DNA from: Deltaproteobacteria bacterium
Lineage (GTDB): Bacteria; Myxococcota_A; Polyangia; Polyangiales; Houyiibacteriaceae
Reading direction: 5' to 3'
DNA: 64,000 bases
Assembly (NCBI GenBank): GCA_034670305.1
Contig: JAXMNT010000016.1
Span: forward strand, 64,001 to 128,000
Made by a program: the position numbers and the translations under genes. The notes under the pieces were generated by a model. That model made no database searches and was not told the DNA's origin. It saw only the letters and a program-made list of their open reading frames with translations. Positions 20,598 through 30,432 of the stretch are shown here, in pieces. Position 1 is the stretch's first letter; each line of letters begins with the position of its first letter.

Positions 20598-20680
20598 AAA
20601 ATCATACGATTCATGAATCATGTTACACGAATCATGCATCACAAAGCCTGAATGTCAACGCATGAAAACAGATTCATGCA
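20598..20680 (-). promoter_or_regulatory. AT-rich promoter/operator array upstream of the T1SS-like operon
   Basis: TTGACA-N16-CATGAT on the minus strand, repeated GAATCATG/GATTCATG motifs, palindrome GATTCATGAATC and inverted repeat GCATGAA-N6-TTCATGC. Confidence 0.7.
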
Positions 20681-20691
20681 TTACGGTCGCC

Positions 20692-21180
20692 CTACTTCTT
20701 GAAGCCACCGCCCTTGCCACCGTCGTACGGCGCACCTTTGCCGCCCATCGGTGCGCCCTTGCCGCCCATCGGTGCGCCCTTTTGCATCGGTGCCACGCCC
20801 TTGCCGCCCATCGGCGCGCCCTTTTGCATCGGTGCCACGCCCTTGCCGCCCATCGGCGCGCCTTTCTGCATCGGCGCCACGCCCTTGCCGCCGATCTTGC
20901 CGGGCATGCCCTGGGCCTTGCCCGGCATCTTCACCGGCACGTGTCCCGCCTTCGGCACCACCGGTCCGACCGGGCCGCCCAGCATCTTCTCGGCCGGGAG
21001 TCCCGCCGGCGCGCCGAACCCACCCTGCATCTGTTGCTGCTGCTGTGCATCGAGCGGCACGTTCATCTGCCGGAGCACGTCCATCACGACGTCGGCCGCG
21101 TAGGTGGCCTGGGTTTGATCGACGCCCTGCATGCGCTGCATGAAGGCTTGGATGAGTGCGTTGCGAACCTGGTGAAACAT
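20692..21180 (-). CDS. Small Gly/Lys/Pro/Met-rich repeat protein, hypothetical
   Basis: Strong RBS AGGAGGG, upstream TAGCAT, high GC3 and three (GGKGVAPMQKGAPM) repeats. Confidence 0.75.
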   Translation of the reverse strand: MFHQVRNALIQAFMQRMQGVDQTQATYAADVVMDVLRQMNVPLDAQQQQQMQGGFGAPAGLPAEKMLGGPVGPVVPKAGHVPVKMPGKAQGMPGKIGGKGVAPMQKGAPMGGKGVAPMQKGAPMGGKGVAPMQKGAPMGGKGAPMGGKGAPYDGGKGGGFKK

Positions 21181-21229
21181 CGTCCCTCCTTGTGGGAGCG
21201 AGGATGCTACCAGAACTCAACCGGTCGCC

Positions 21230-21306
21230 GACGGCGGCACCGGCTCGGCTTCGGCGTCGGCTTCGGCTTCTGCGTCGGCTTCGGCTTCGGCGTCGGCTTC
21301 GGCTCG
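21230..21306. repeat. Intergenic hexamer array (TCGGCT/TCGGCG)
   Basis: Visible 6-nt periodicity. Confidence 0.9.
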
Positions 21307-21329
21307 CGCCGCGACACCAGGGGACATCT

Positions 21330-24300
21330 CTACTCGGCGGGTGCGTCCGCCATCACGTCCGTCGTGGCACTCCGCCGGAATCGCTTCCCGAACCGGCGCG
21401 CGTCTTCCACCAGTCCGTACAGGACCGGCACCATCACCAAGGTCAGCACCGTCGCGACCGCCAACCCAGCGATCACGGCAACCGCCATCGGACCCCACCA
21501 CGCCGCGCTCTGGCTGCCGACGATGAGCGAAAAGTTCCGGAAGTCGATCGAGACGCCCACCGCCATCGGCACGAGGCCGAGCACGGTCGTGATGGCGGTC
21601 AGGACCACGGGCCGAAAACGCGTCATGCCGGCGTTGAGCAGCGCGTCTTCGACGGACATGTCTTTCGCGCGCAGCTGCTGCACGTAGTCGAGCAGCACGA
21701 TGGCGTTGTTCACCACGATGCCCGCCAGGGAGATCACCCCCAATCCGGTCATCATGATGCCGAAGGGCGTTCCGGTGATCACCAGCCCCCAGAGCACACC
21801 CACGAGCGACAAGATGACCGACGCCATCACGATCAGCGGCACCATGAAGCTGTTGAACTGGTAGACGAGCACGCCGAAGATCAGCGCGAGCGCGATCAAG
21901 AACGCCTGCCCGAGGAACGCACCGGTCTCGGCCTGTTCGTCGTTGCTGCCGCCAAGCTCCAGGTGGTAGCCCGCAGGCAACTCCGCCTCGTCGATGTAAG
22001 CGAGCACGGCCTCCTGCACCGCGACCGCGTTGTACCCGTCGATCACGTCGCCGGTGATGCTCACCACCAGGTCCTGATCGATGTGGTGGATGGCGCCCGC
22101 GCCGCCGACGAGTTCGTACGACGCGACGGTGGACAGCGGCACCGGGAACGTGTCTGGGCTCGTGTCTTCGCGGCCGTCGATGCGCAGGCCGAGCACCGCC
22201 TGGAGATCTTCTCGGAACTCCGGCGCGAGCTCGACCACGATGTCGTGTTCTTCTTCGCCGTCGCGCAGCGTGCTGGCTTTGGTCCCCGCGACCGCGGTGC
22301 GTACGGTGCTGGCGACGGCGCGGGTGCTGGCCCCGACGCGTTTGGCCGCGCCGCGATCGATCCGAAGCCGCATCTCGGGTCGGCCGACGCGGTAGTCGTC
22401 GCTCATGTCGGTCGCGCCCGGGAGCGCGCCGAGCTCGCGCCGAACACGAGCGGAGAGTTCTCCGAGCGTTCGAAAATCTTCCCCGCTCACCCGCACGTCG
22501 ATCGGTTTGCCGACCGGCGGACCCATGTTCTCTTTCTCGATCCGGATCTCCGCGCCGGGGATCGCCGCGACCAGTTCCCGCAGGCGTTCGATGGTGCGGG
22601 TGGTCGGCTCCACGCGGACCCGCTGGCCCGGACGCGCGGTGTTCGCGTCCGGCAGAAAGTCCACCGTCACCCGCGCGGCGTTCGGCGCGCTCTGAGAGCC
22701 CTGCGTCGGGTCCTGGCCGCCCGAGACGCCGACCTCTGCGACGAACACATCCACGTTCTCTTGCGCGGCGAGCAAGTGTTCGATCTCGCGCACGATGTGA
22801 TCGGTGGTTTCGAGATCGGTGCCGAGCGGTGCGCGGACCGCGATGAAGGCGCGGTTCGGTTCGGTCTCCGGAAAGAACTCGACTCCGTGCTGGAGCGCCC
22901 CGTACGCCATGAACGTGCCGACCAGGGATGCGAAGCCGATGCCGGCCGCGATCTTCCGGTGGCGGATCGACCAGGTGAGGATGGCGCGGTAGCGGCGCAT
23001 GACGAAGCCGAGCTCGGCCTCCGGTGCGAAACTGACCCGGCGCTCCCGGTACGGGCCATCGCCTTCACCCTCCCCGTCCTCTGCCGGCGCGGACCCGTCG
23101 GGCCGCACGTCCTGGTCTGCGGCCGTCTTCTTCGCCGGCTTCATGAGCCGCGAGGTGAAGAAGGGGATCGCCCACAGCGCCACCGCCAACGAACAGACCA
23201 AGACGATCACGATCGTCTTCGGCATGTAGCCCATGAACTGGCCCATCATGCCGGTCCAAAAGAGCAGCGGTGCGAACGCCGCCACCGTGGTCGCGGTCGA
23301 TGCCGCGACGGCGGCCGCCACTTCTTTGGTGCCTTCGATCGCAGCGGTCTTCCGGTCGGACCCGAGCTCGAGGTGGCGGTAGATGTTCTCGACGATGACG
23401 ATCGCGTTGTCGACCAACATGCCGAGCGCCATGATCAGCGCGAAGAGCACGATCATGTTGAGCGTCATACCCAGCGTTCCGATCACGATGAACGCCAGCA
23501 ACATCGAGAGTGGGATCGCGAGCGCGACGAAGAAGCTGTTCCGGAAGCCCATGAAGAACAGCAGCACGCCGATGACGAGAATGAGTCCGGTGATGATCCC
23601 GTTCTCGAGCTCGCCGATCATGTCGTAGACCATCTTCGATTGGTCGGCGAGGGTCTCGTACTCGACGCCCTCCGGCCACGAGGCGTGCCGTTCGGCGACG
23701 AGCGCCTTCACCGCCTCGGCGATGTCCACGATGTTCGCGCCGCTGCGTTTCGAGATCGCGAGCGAGACCGCGGTCTCCCCGTTCATGCGCGCGTAGCTGG
23801 TCCGGGTGGCGAAGCCGTCGACCACCCGGCCGACGTCGCGCACGAACACGGGGCGATCGCCCACGCGTTTGATCGCAACGCCTTCGATGTCGCTCGGGAC
23901 CCCGAACTCGCCCGGCACCCGAAGCAAGAAGTTCGAGTCGCCGCTGCGCACGTCGCCGCCCGGCACGTTCACGTTCTCGTCCGCGATGGCGCCGATCACG
24001 TCGTTGAGCGAGAGGCCGTAGTGTTGCAGCCGGTACGGATCGATCTGGACCTGGATCTCGCGCTCTCGGCCACCGCTCAGCACCGCGTCGAGCACGCCTG
24101 GAATGCGACGCACCTCGTCTTCGAGCGACTCGCCGATCGCCTTGAGTTCGGTCTCGTCGATCGGACCACCGATCGTCACCAGCAGGATCGGGAGATCGCT
24201 GAAGTTGATCTCTCCGATCTCCGTCTCTTCGGCGTCCTCGGGCAGTTTGGGGCGCGCCCTGCCGACCCGATCGCGCACGCGCTGGAGCGCATCTTGGATG

Positions 24301-24593
24301 TCGACCTCGGCTTCGAACTCGAGGACGACCATGCTCATGCCCTCGTAGGAGGTGCTGGTCATCTTCTTGAGATCTTTGACGCCGGCAAGCTCGTTCTCGA
24401 TCGGGATGGTGACGAGCGACTCGATGTCCTGAGGCGAGACGCCGATGTACGGCGTGGCCACGGTGACCATCGGGATCTGCACGTCGGGGTTCGCTTCCCG
24501 GGGCAGGTCGAAGTACGTCAGCAGACCGAACGCGATTGTGCAGAACGTGCCGAAGAGCACGAGCGCGCCTCGGTTGACGATCCAGCCAATCAC
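21330..24593 (-). CDS. RND efflux permease (AcrB/AcrD/AcrF family)
   Basis: 1087 aa with 'GMLVDNAIVIVENI', 'GIVVNNAIVLLD' and 'RFRPVVLTAITTVLGLVPMA'. Confidence 0.96.
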   Translation of the reverse strand: MIGWIVNRGALVLFGTFCTIAFGLLTYFDLPREANPDVQIPMVTVATPYIGVSPQDIESLVTIPIENELAGVKDLKKMTSTSYEGMSMVVLEFEAEVDIQDALQRVRDRVGRARPKLPEDAEETEIGEINFSDLPILLVTIGGPIDETELKAIGESLEDEVRRIPGVLDAVLSGGREREIQVQIDPYRLQHYGLSLNDVIGAIADENVNVPGGDVRSGDSNFLLRVPGEFGVPSDIEGVAIKRVGDRPVFVRDVGRVVDGFATRTSYARMNGETAVSLAISKRSGANIVDIAEAVKALVAERHASWPEGVEYETLADQSKMVYDMIGELENGIITGLILVIGVLLFFMGFRNSFFVALAIPLSMLLAFIVIGTLGMTLNMIVLFALIMALGMLVDNAIVIVENIYRHLELGSDRKTAAIEGTKEVAAAVAASTATTVAAFAPLLFWTGMMGQFMGYMPKTIVIVLVCSLAVALWAIPFFTSRLMKPAKKTAADQDVRPDGSAPAEDGEGEGDGPYRERRVSFAPEAELGFVMRRYRAILTWSIRHRKIAAGIGFASLVGTFMAYGALQHGVEFFPETEPNRAFIAVRAPLGTDLETTDHIVREIEHLLAAQENVDVFVAEVGVSGGQDPTQGSQSAPNAARVTVDFLPDANTARPGQRVRVEPTTRTIERLRELVAAIPGAEIRIEKENMGPPVGKPIDVRVSGEDFRTLGELSARVRRELGALPGATDMSDDYRVGRPEMRLRIDRGAAKRVGASTRAVASTVRTAVAGTKASTLRDGEEEHDIVVELAPEFREDLQAVLGLRIDGREDTSPDTFPVPLSTVASYELVGGAGAIHHIDQDLVVSITGDVIDGYNAVAVQEAVLAYIDEAELPAGYHLELGGSNDEQAETGAFLGQAFLIALALIFGVLVYQFNSFMVPLIVMASVILSLVGVLWGLVITGTPFGIMMTGLGVISLAGIVVNNAIVLLDYVQQLRAKDMSVEDALLNAGMTRFRPVVLTAITTVLGLVPMAVGVSIDFRNFSLIVGSQSAAWWGPMAVAVIAGLAVATVLTLVMVPVLYGLVEDARRFGKRFRRSATTDVMADAPAE

Positions 24594-25822
24594 TCTGCGA
24601 CCTCAGCGGCCGGCGCCGGGGCGGGCGCTTGGGCGACCTCACCTGGCGCGGTGTAGACCACCCGGCCTGCCGTGCAGCAGCGGCCGCGGCGCGCGACCAA
24701 GAGCGCGTCGCCGTCCTGGAGCTCGCGGTGCCCAGTGACCACGATCTCGGTGCCCGCTTCGAGTCCCGAAGCGATCACCACTTGGTCCCGCACCACCGAG
24801 CCGACTTCCACCGGCTGCCAGCGGGCCACATCGTTGTCGATCCGGAACACGCCGTTGCCGTCGACCCGCGTGACCAGCATGTACTGGGGGATCACCACTT
24901 GCTGCTCGCCGGCGTCCGTCTCGATCTCGACGTTGGCGATCATGCCGGGAAGCAACCGCCGGTTCGCGTTCGCGACTTCGATCTCGACTTCGAACGCGCG
25001 GGTCTCGACCCGCGCGGCCGGGCTGATGCGCCGCACGTGTCCGGCGACCGCTTCGCCGAGTGCGGGCGCGCGAACCACGGCCGGCAGCCCGGGCCGAAGT
25101 GCGACCACGTCTCGGTCGGGCACCGCGAGGGTGACGAGCACCGGGTCGAGCTGGATGAGCCGTGCGAGCGGCTGGCCGGGGGCCATCACCTCGCCGCGCT
25201 CGACATTCAGGGTGGCGATGGTGCCGGCGAACGGCGCGCGCACCGTGGCACGGCCGGCCATCACCTGGGCGGTCCGCACAGCGGCGCGCGCTGCGGCCAC
25301 CCGAGTGCGCGCCGCGTCGATCGACTGTTCCGAGATCGAACCAACGAGCCGCTCGGCGCGCTCCAGTTCGTGCTGTGCGGCGTCGAGTTCCACCCGCATC
25401 TGACCGAGCCGCGCGCCCTGAGTCGCGGAGTCGACCCGCGCGATGACCTGGTTCGCCCGGACGTCCTCGCCCTCTTCGACCAAGACCGCTTCGACGAACC
25501 CGCCGAGCGACGCTGCGAGCAGTGCGTCGCGCGAGCCGGCGACTTCGCCCGGCAAGACGACGCGCAGGGCCGTTGCGCTGGCCGAGACCACCGCGGCTTC
25601 GACCCGCGTGGCCCCCGGCGCCGGCGGCTCCGCCTGGACCCTGGGTTCCTCGGTGGGTTCGGCCTCAGCGCTGCCTCCGCACGCGAGAAGACAGCAACCC
25701 AAAAGCGCGATGTTGGGCCAACGGAACGCGAGCGCCCCAAGCGGGAGCCCTCCGTTCGGAACCCGCGAAGCCGTGGTCGCCCCCCCGAGCGATCGTGCGA
25801 CAATTGAAATGAGGGACATCAT
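24590..25822 (-). CDS. RND periplasmic adaptor (MFP)
   Basis: 'VEEGEDVRANQVIARVD', 'VRAPFAG' and 'LLPGM'. The ATG overlaps the TetR stop; the true start could be further downstream. Confidence 0.9.
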   Translation of the reverse strand: MMSLISIVARSLGGATTASRVPNGGLPLGALAFRWPNIALLGCCLLACGGSAEAEPTEEPRVQAEPPAPGATRVEAAVVSASATALRVVLPGEVAGSRDALLAASLGGFVEAVLVEEGEDVRANQVIARVDSATQGARLGQMRVELDAAQHELERAERLVGSISEQSIDAARTRVAAARAAVRTAQVMAGRATVRAPFAGTIATLNVERGEVMAPGQPLARLIQLDPVLVTLAVPDRDVVALRPGLPAVVRAPALGEAVAGHVRRISPAARVETRAFEVEIEVANANRRLLPGMIANVEIETDAGEQQVVIPQYMLVTRVDGNGVFRIDNDVARWQPVEVGSVVRDQVVIASGLEAGTEIVVTGHRELQDGDALLVARRGRCCTAGRVVYTAPGEVAQAPAPAPAAEVAE

Positions 25823-26424
25823 CGAGGACTGACTCCGTGAAAGAAGAGGGACAGAAGACGTTCGGGGAGATCGGCCGGTGGCGGGTGGCCGTGCAGCCAA
25901 AGTTGAAGGCGTTGATCGACCATGCCGCTGAGTGCGTATGCGGCATCGACGAGGTCGACGCTTGAAGAGATCTCGCCGCGCGAGACCCCGAGTTGGAGCA
26001 ATGAGCGCATCCGCTCCTGGTGATGGGTCCGAAGGGAGTCGAAGTCGAACTCGGGCTGGTCGGGTTCGGGTCGAAGTTCGGCCCGCATGAGCAGGCTCAT
26101 CCCAGTCGGCGCCGACTCGAGTCGCTCGAAGAACGCACACAACCCGTCGTGCAAGCGATCCCAGGCGCTGACACCGGCCGATGCCTGCTCCGCCATCTCG
26201 AGGATCCGCCCCAGCGCGTCCGTCTCGTGGCGGATCGCCGCGACGAACAACGCTTCTTTGTTTCCGAAGTGGTAGTAGAGCGCCGGTTTGGTACAGCCGG
26301 CCGCCTCCGCGACCTCTCGAACGCTCGTCGCACTCCAGCCCCGCTCGGCGAAAAGCCGGGTGGCTTGGAGAAGAATCCGGTCCCGCGTCGGGGACGGTGC
26401 GGCGCCAGCGGTGAGGGAGGTCAT
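25819..26424 (-). CDS. TetR/AcrR-family regulator
   Basis: 'RILLQATRLFAERGWSATSVREVAEAAGCTKPALYYHFGNKEALF'. Confidence 0.95.
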   Translation of the reverse strand: MTSLTAGAAPSPTRDRILLQATRLFAERGWSATSVREVAEAAGCTKPALYYHFGNKEALFVAAIRHETDALGRILEMAEQASAGVSAWDRLHDGLCAFFERLESAPTGMSLLMRAELRPEPDQPEFDFDSLRTHHQERMRSLLQLGVSRGEISSSVDLVDAAYALSGMVDQRLQLWLHGHPPPADLPERLLSLFFHGVSPR

Positions 26425-26427
26425 GCA

Positions 26428-26445
26428 ACTTACCGATCGGTAGGT
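26428..26445. promoter_or_regulatory. Probable TetR operator
   Basis: Perfect palindrome TACCGATCGGTA (26431-26442), extended imperfectly, starting 6 nt from the tetR start codon. Confidence 0.7.
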
Positions 26446-26822
26446 CGGCTACTTTGACACGCAGTGGCGACCTGTCCACGAACGGGTACCGCAGCCCTGA
26501 GACATTCTTGGCTCGCTCGCTTCGCGAGACGGGTGGCGTGTCCGGGCGCGTACGTGAGAACTCTCTGGTGATTCCCCTCACGCTGGGAGCTTGGTGAAAT
26601 CGGCGAATCGTCCTGGTTTCATTGGGATGGGGTCAGTCGAACCCGCCGGCCATCCCAGGTGGCGGCCACACTGGCCGCCGTCCTGTGACACTACGCATGA
26701 TCGTTGGGGTTTGGTTGGCGTACAGGAGTCGGCACAGGGGCTGCATGTAGGACAACGCAGCACATGCCAGCGGGTCCGAGAGACTGCTGGCCAAGGCCCG
26801 GGATGGCCGACGGAGCAAACGG

Positions 26823-28829
26823 ATGACTCGACAGACTTTGGCACTCATGCTCGCCCTCGCCGTTCCGGCGGTTGGATGCAGCACGGCCCCAGCAGACGCG
26901 GACAAAGACGAGGAGAACCTCGGCGACGGCAAAGAGGACCGCTGGAACCGGGCCAACGACCCCGAGCGGTTCGACGGTGAGTTCAACTACCACGTCGCCG
27001 ACCTCCCGCTGACGGGCAGCGCGGACCGCGATGCGTGGCCGAGCACCTACTGGCCGACCTACGAAGACTCCATCAACGTCCGCTGGGACGGAGCCGAGCT
27101 GAGCCCCGCACAGAAGTACGACGTCGCGTTCAATGGCTGGACCCCGCCTGAAGGGTTCTTGGAGCTTCGCCCGTTCAACCGGAACAACCCCGTCCCCGGC
27201 GACGATTGGGACACCGCGTACTACGAGCAGCAGGGCCCGCTCGCGACGCACATCAGCAACAACATGGGCAACGGCCGCGACCGCCGCCAAGCGCTGACCG
27301 CCATGGGCGCGCCCGAGGGCGACTGGGAGACCGACACCTGGTGGGGCCTCTGCCACGCCTGGGTTCCCGCCGCGCTTCTCGAAGACCGGCCGCTCCGCGC
27401 CGTCGAGCACAACGGCGTGCGCTTCGAAGTCGCCGACATGGAGGCCCTTCTCATCGCCGCCTACAACCGCGCCGGCGCGGACATGATCGGCGGACGATGC
27501 AACGTCGGCTCAGGCGACTCGATGGTGGAACGCGACGAGTTCGGCCGCGCGGTCGACATCGAATGCCGGGACAGCAACCCGGGCGCGATGCACGTCATCG
27601 TCACAAACTACCTGGGCGTTCTCAACCGCGGCTTCGCCATCGACCGGACCTTCGACTTCGAGGTCTGGAACCAGCCGGTGAAGGGCTTCGAGATCACCAA
27701 ACAAGAAGAGATCGACGTCGCCCGGGCGAACGAGCTCCTCGGCGTGACGGGCGAGACCTACGAGTACAACGCCGACGCGGCGCAGCTCTTCGAGGTCAAC
27801 CTCTCGCTGCACTGGATCACCGAGTCGCACGCCACGAAGACGCCGAACGAGTCCTCGCGCTACACGCGCACCGACCGCTTGACGTACATCCTCGAGGTGG
27901 ACGCCGACGGCAAGATCATCGGCGGCGAGTGGTTCGGTCGCAGCCGCTCACAACACCCCGACTTCCTCTGGAACCCGCGCTCGCGCTCGACCTCGTCGAT
28001 CCCGAACATGGACCTCGCAGACGTGCGCATGCTCGTCGAGCGCAGCCGCATGCCCGAGATGCCCGACCCCGAGACCGGCGCGACGCATGTCGCCGAAGGC
28101 GCGGGTGGACTCGACATCCCGGACAACGACACGACCGGCGTGACCAGCACGGCCACCGTCTCCGGCGCGAGCGGCGCCATCACCGGCGTGAGCGTGGCGC
28201 TGAACGTCACCCACACGTACATCGGCGACCTGGCCTTCACGCTCGTGAAGGGCGACGTCGAGCGCACGTTCCTCAACCAAGAGGGCGGCAGCGACGACGA
28301 CATCGATCAGTCGTACGACGTGACCGGCTTCGAAGGCCTGGACGCGAACGGTACCTGGACCCTCCGCGCGACGGACCACGCGGGCCAGGATGTCGGCACC
28401 CTCGACGGCTGGACGCTCACGGTCACCACCGACTCGGCCACCATGCCGGTCGACCCGACGCCCGACCCCATGGAACCAGTGAAGTTCTCCGGCATGGGCG
28501 GCATCGAGATTCCGGACAACGACCCGGCGGGCATCTCGTCGGCGGCCAGCGTCTCCGGCATCACGAGCGGCAGCGTGGCGATCGAGTACAACCTCACGCA
28601 CACCTACCGCGGCGACCTCCTCGTCACCGTGGAGCACAACGGCCGCGCCTGGACGCTCCACGACCAGGAGGGCGGCAGCGCCGAAGACCTCGTCGGCACC
28701 TCCCCGCTCGACGCCACCGGCGACGCCTTCGAGGGCGACCCGTCCGGCACCTGGACCCTGCGCGTCAGCGACAACGCGGGCGCCGACGTCGGCACCCTCA
28801 ACAGCTGGGCGGTCATCGTCACGCCGTAG
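26823..28829 (+). CDS. Transglutaminase-elicitor (GP42-like) family lipoprotein with two proprotein-convertase P domains
   Basis: Lipobox 'AVGC', 'WPSTYWPTYEDSIN.RW', 'WWGLCHAW', 'DSNPGAMH', 'VWNQPVKGF' and 'HPDFLW'. Two 'IPDND..THTY.GDL..GTWTL..D.GTL..W' P domains follow. Confidence 0.85.
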   Translation: MTRQTLALMLALAVPAVGCSTAPADADKDEENLGDGKEDRWNRANDPERFDGEFNYHVADLPLTGSADRDAWPSTYWPTYEDSINVRWDGAELSPAQKYDVAFNGWTPPEGFLELRPFNRNNPVPGDDWDTAYYEQQGPLATHISNNMGNGRDRRQALTAMGAPEGDWETDTWWGLCHAWVPAALLEDRPLRAVEHNGVRFEVADMEALLIAAYNRAGADMIGGRCNVGSGDSMVERDEFGRAVDIECRDSNPGAMHVIVTNYLGVLNRGFAIDRTFDFEVWNQPVKGFEITKQEEIDVARANELLGVTGETYEYNADAAQLFEVNLSLHWITESHATKTPNESSRYTRTDRLTYILEVDADGKIIGGEWFGRSRSQHPDFLWNPRSRSTSSIPNMDLADVRMLVERSRMPEMPDPETGATHVAEGAGGLDIPDNDTTGVTSTATVSGASGAITGVSVALNVTHTYIGDLAFTLVKGDVERTFLNQEGGSDDDIDQSYDVTGFEGLDANGTWTLRATDHAGQDVGTLDGWTLTVTTDSATMPVDPTPDPMEPVKFSGMGGIEIPDNDPAGISSAASVSGITSGSVAIEYNLTHTYRGDLLVTVEHNGRAWTLHDQEGGSAEDLVGTSPLDATGDAFEGDPSGTWTLRVSDNAGADVGTLNSWAVIVTP

Positions 28830-28915
28830 TTTTCCTCTCAAGACCTGGTCGCCAACCACACACACCACGGTGGGCGGGTCCGAGAGAGCTTGTCTTAACA
28901 CACATCCACACACCC

Positions 28916-28940
28916 GAAGCCGCCCCCCCTGGGCGGCTTC
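28916..28940 (+). terminator. Hairpin, probable intrinsic terminator
   Basis: GAAGCCGCCC-N5-GGGCGGCTTC followed by ACTAATT (weak U-tract). Confidence 0.55.
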
Positions 28941-28982
28941 ACTAATTGTACGGCACTACCGGGCTCGAGACTGGTGGCCCCC

Positions 28983-29160
28983 TCCGATTTCGGATTTCGG
29001 ATTTCGGCGTCGGCTTCGGCGTCGGCTTCGGATTCGGCGATCGGCTTCGGCTTCGGCTCCGGCTTCGGCTTCGGCGTCGGCGTCGGCCTCGGCATCGGCT
29101 TCGGCTTCCGCTTCCGCTTCCGCTTCCGCTTCCGTTCCGCTTCCGCTTCCCGCTTCCGTC
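28983..29160. repeat. Intergenic array: (TTTCGGA) heptamers, then (TCGGCN)n, then (TTCCGC)n
   Basis: Visible periodicity. Confidence 0.95.
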
Positions 29161-29199
29161 CGCGTGCACTCACTCCGCTTGCCCGCATACTGGCGGCCG

Positions 29200-30432
29200 A
29201 TGACTTCCATGGATGCGGACGCCCAGCTCGAAGCACTCACCCGCGGCACTGTCGATGTGCACGTTGCCGAAGACCTGCTCGCGCGTCTGAAGACCGGCCG
29301 CCCGCTCAAGGTGAAAGCCGGCTTCGACCCGACGCGCCCCGACCTGCATCTCGGGCACACCGTGCTGATGCAGAAGATGCGGCAGTTCCAGCAGCTCGGG
29401 CACGAGGTCATCTTCGTGGTCGGCGACTTCACCGCCCGCATCGGCGATCCCACCGGCAAAAGCCAAACCCGGTCGGTGCCGACCGAAGCGGAGATCGAAG
29501 AAGGCGCACGCACCTACGCCGAGCAGGCGTTCAAGGTGCTCGACCGCGACAAGACCCGGCTCGTCTTCAACAGCGAGTGGCTGTCCCCGATGGGGTTCGC
29601 CGACGTCATCCGGCTCGCTGGGCGCTACCGGCTCGCGCGGATGATGGAACGCGACGACTTCAAGACGCGCTGGGCCGAACACGCGAGCATCTCGATCCAC
29701 GAATTGCTCTACCCCTTGGTCCAGGCCTACGACTCGGTCGCGCTCGAGTGCGACATCGAGCTCGGCGGCACCGACCAGCTCTTCAACCTCTTGGTGGGCC
29801 GCGAGATCATGCGGGAGTACGGGCAGAAGCCGCAGTGTGTGATGACGACGCCCATCCTGGAGGGACTCGGCGCGAAACTCGAAGACGGCAAGATCGTCGG
29901 CGACAAGATGAGCAAGTCGCTCGACAACTACGTCGGCATCACCGAGGCACCCCGCGACCAACTCTTCAAGCTCATGAGCATCACCGACGACGTGATGTGG
30001 CGGTACTACGAGCTGCTCAGCGAGGAGCCCGCGCCCGCGATCGCGAAGATGAAGTCCGAATGCGAGGCGGGCCAGATGAACCCGCGCGACGCCAAACTGC
30101 GCCTCGCCCGCGAGATCGTCGCCCGCTACCACGACGCGAAGGCGGCCGAGGACGCGGACGCTGCGTGGCGCCATCAGTTCAGCGGACGGAAGGTGCCGAC
30201 CGATCTGGCCGAAGTGCGGGTCGCGCTCGACGGCGAGGCGTCGGTCTGGGTCAGCAAGGCGCTGGCGTCGACCGGGCTGGTGAAGTCGTCGTCTGAAGCG
30301 CGGCGGCGCATCGAGGCAGGCGCCATCCAGATCGATGGCGAGAAGGTGAGCGACGTCAAAGCCGAGCTGAAGGCGGGAACCTACGTGGTGAAGGCCGGCA
30401 AGAAGACGTGGGCGAAGCTGATCGTGGAATGA
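29200..30432 (+). CDS. tyrS: Tyrosine--tRNA ligase
   Basis: 'GFDPTRPDLHLGH', 'ELGGTDQLFN', 'KMSKS' and a C-terminal S4 domain. Confidence 0.98.
   Translation: MTSMDADAQLEALTRGTVDVHVAEDLLARLKTGRPLKVKAGFDPTRPDLHLGHTVLMQKMRQFQQLGHEVIFVVGDFTARIGDPTGKSQTRSVPTEAEIEEGARTYAEQAFKVLDRDKTRLVFNSEWLSPMGFADVIRLAGRYRLARMMERDDFKTRWAEHASISIHELLYPLVQAYDSVALECDIELGGTDQLFNLLVGREIMREYGQKPQCVMTTPILEGLGAKLEDGKIVGDKMSKSLDNYVGITEAPRDQLFKLMSITDDVMWRYYELLSEEPAPAIAKMKSECEAGQMNPRDAKLRLAREIVARYHDAKAAEDADAAWRHQFSGRKVPTDLAEVRVALDGEASVWVSKALASTGLVKSSSEARRRIEAGAIQIDGEKVSDVKAELKAGTYVVKAGKKTWAKLIVE

Noticed and set aside
21156-24656. Very long antisense ORFs (e.g. 1166 aa here, 1018 aa at 5588-8644)
   Set aside because: These are shadow ORFs caused by high GC3 in clear genes on the opposite strand.
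26460-26822. 360-bp intergenic region as a possible ncRNA or small ORF
   Set aside because: I recognised no convincing structure, riboswitch motif or supported ORF. It is probably a divergent promoter region.
28983-29199. T-box riboswitch upstream of tyrS
   Set aside because: There is no T-box consensus; the region is occupied by the repeat array.
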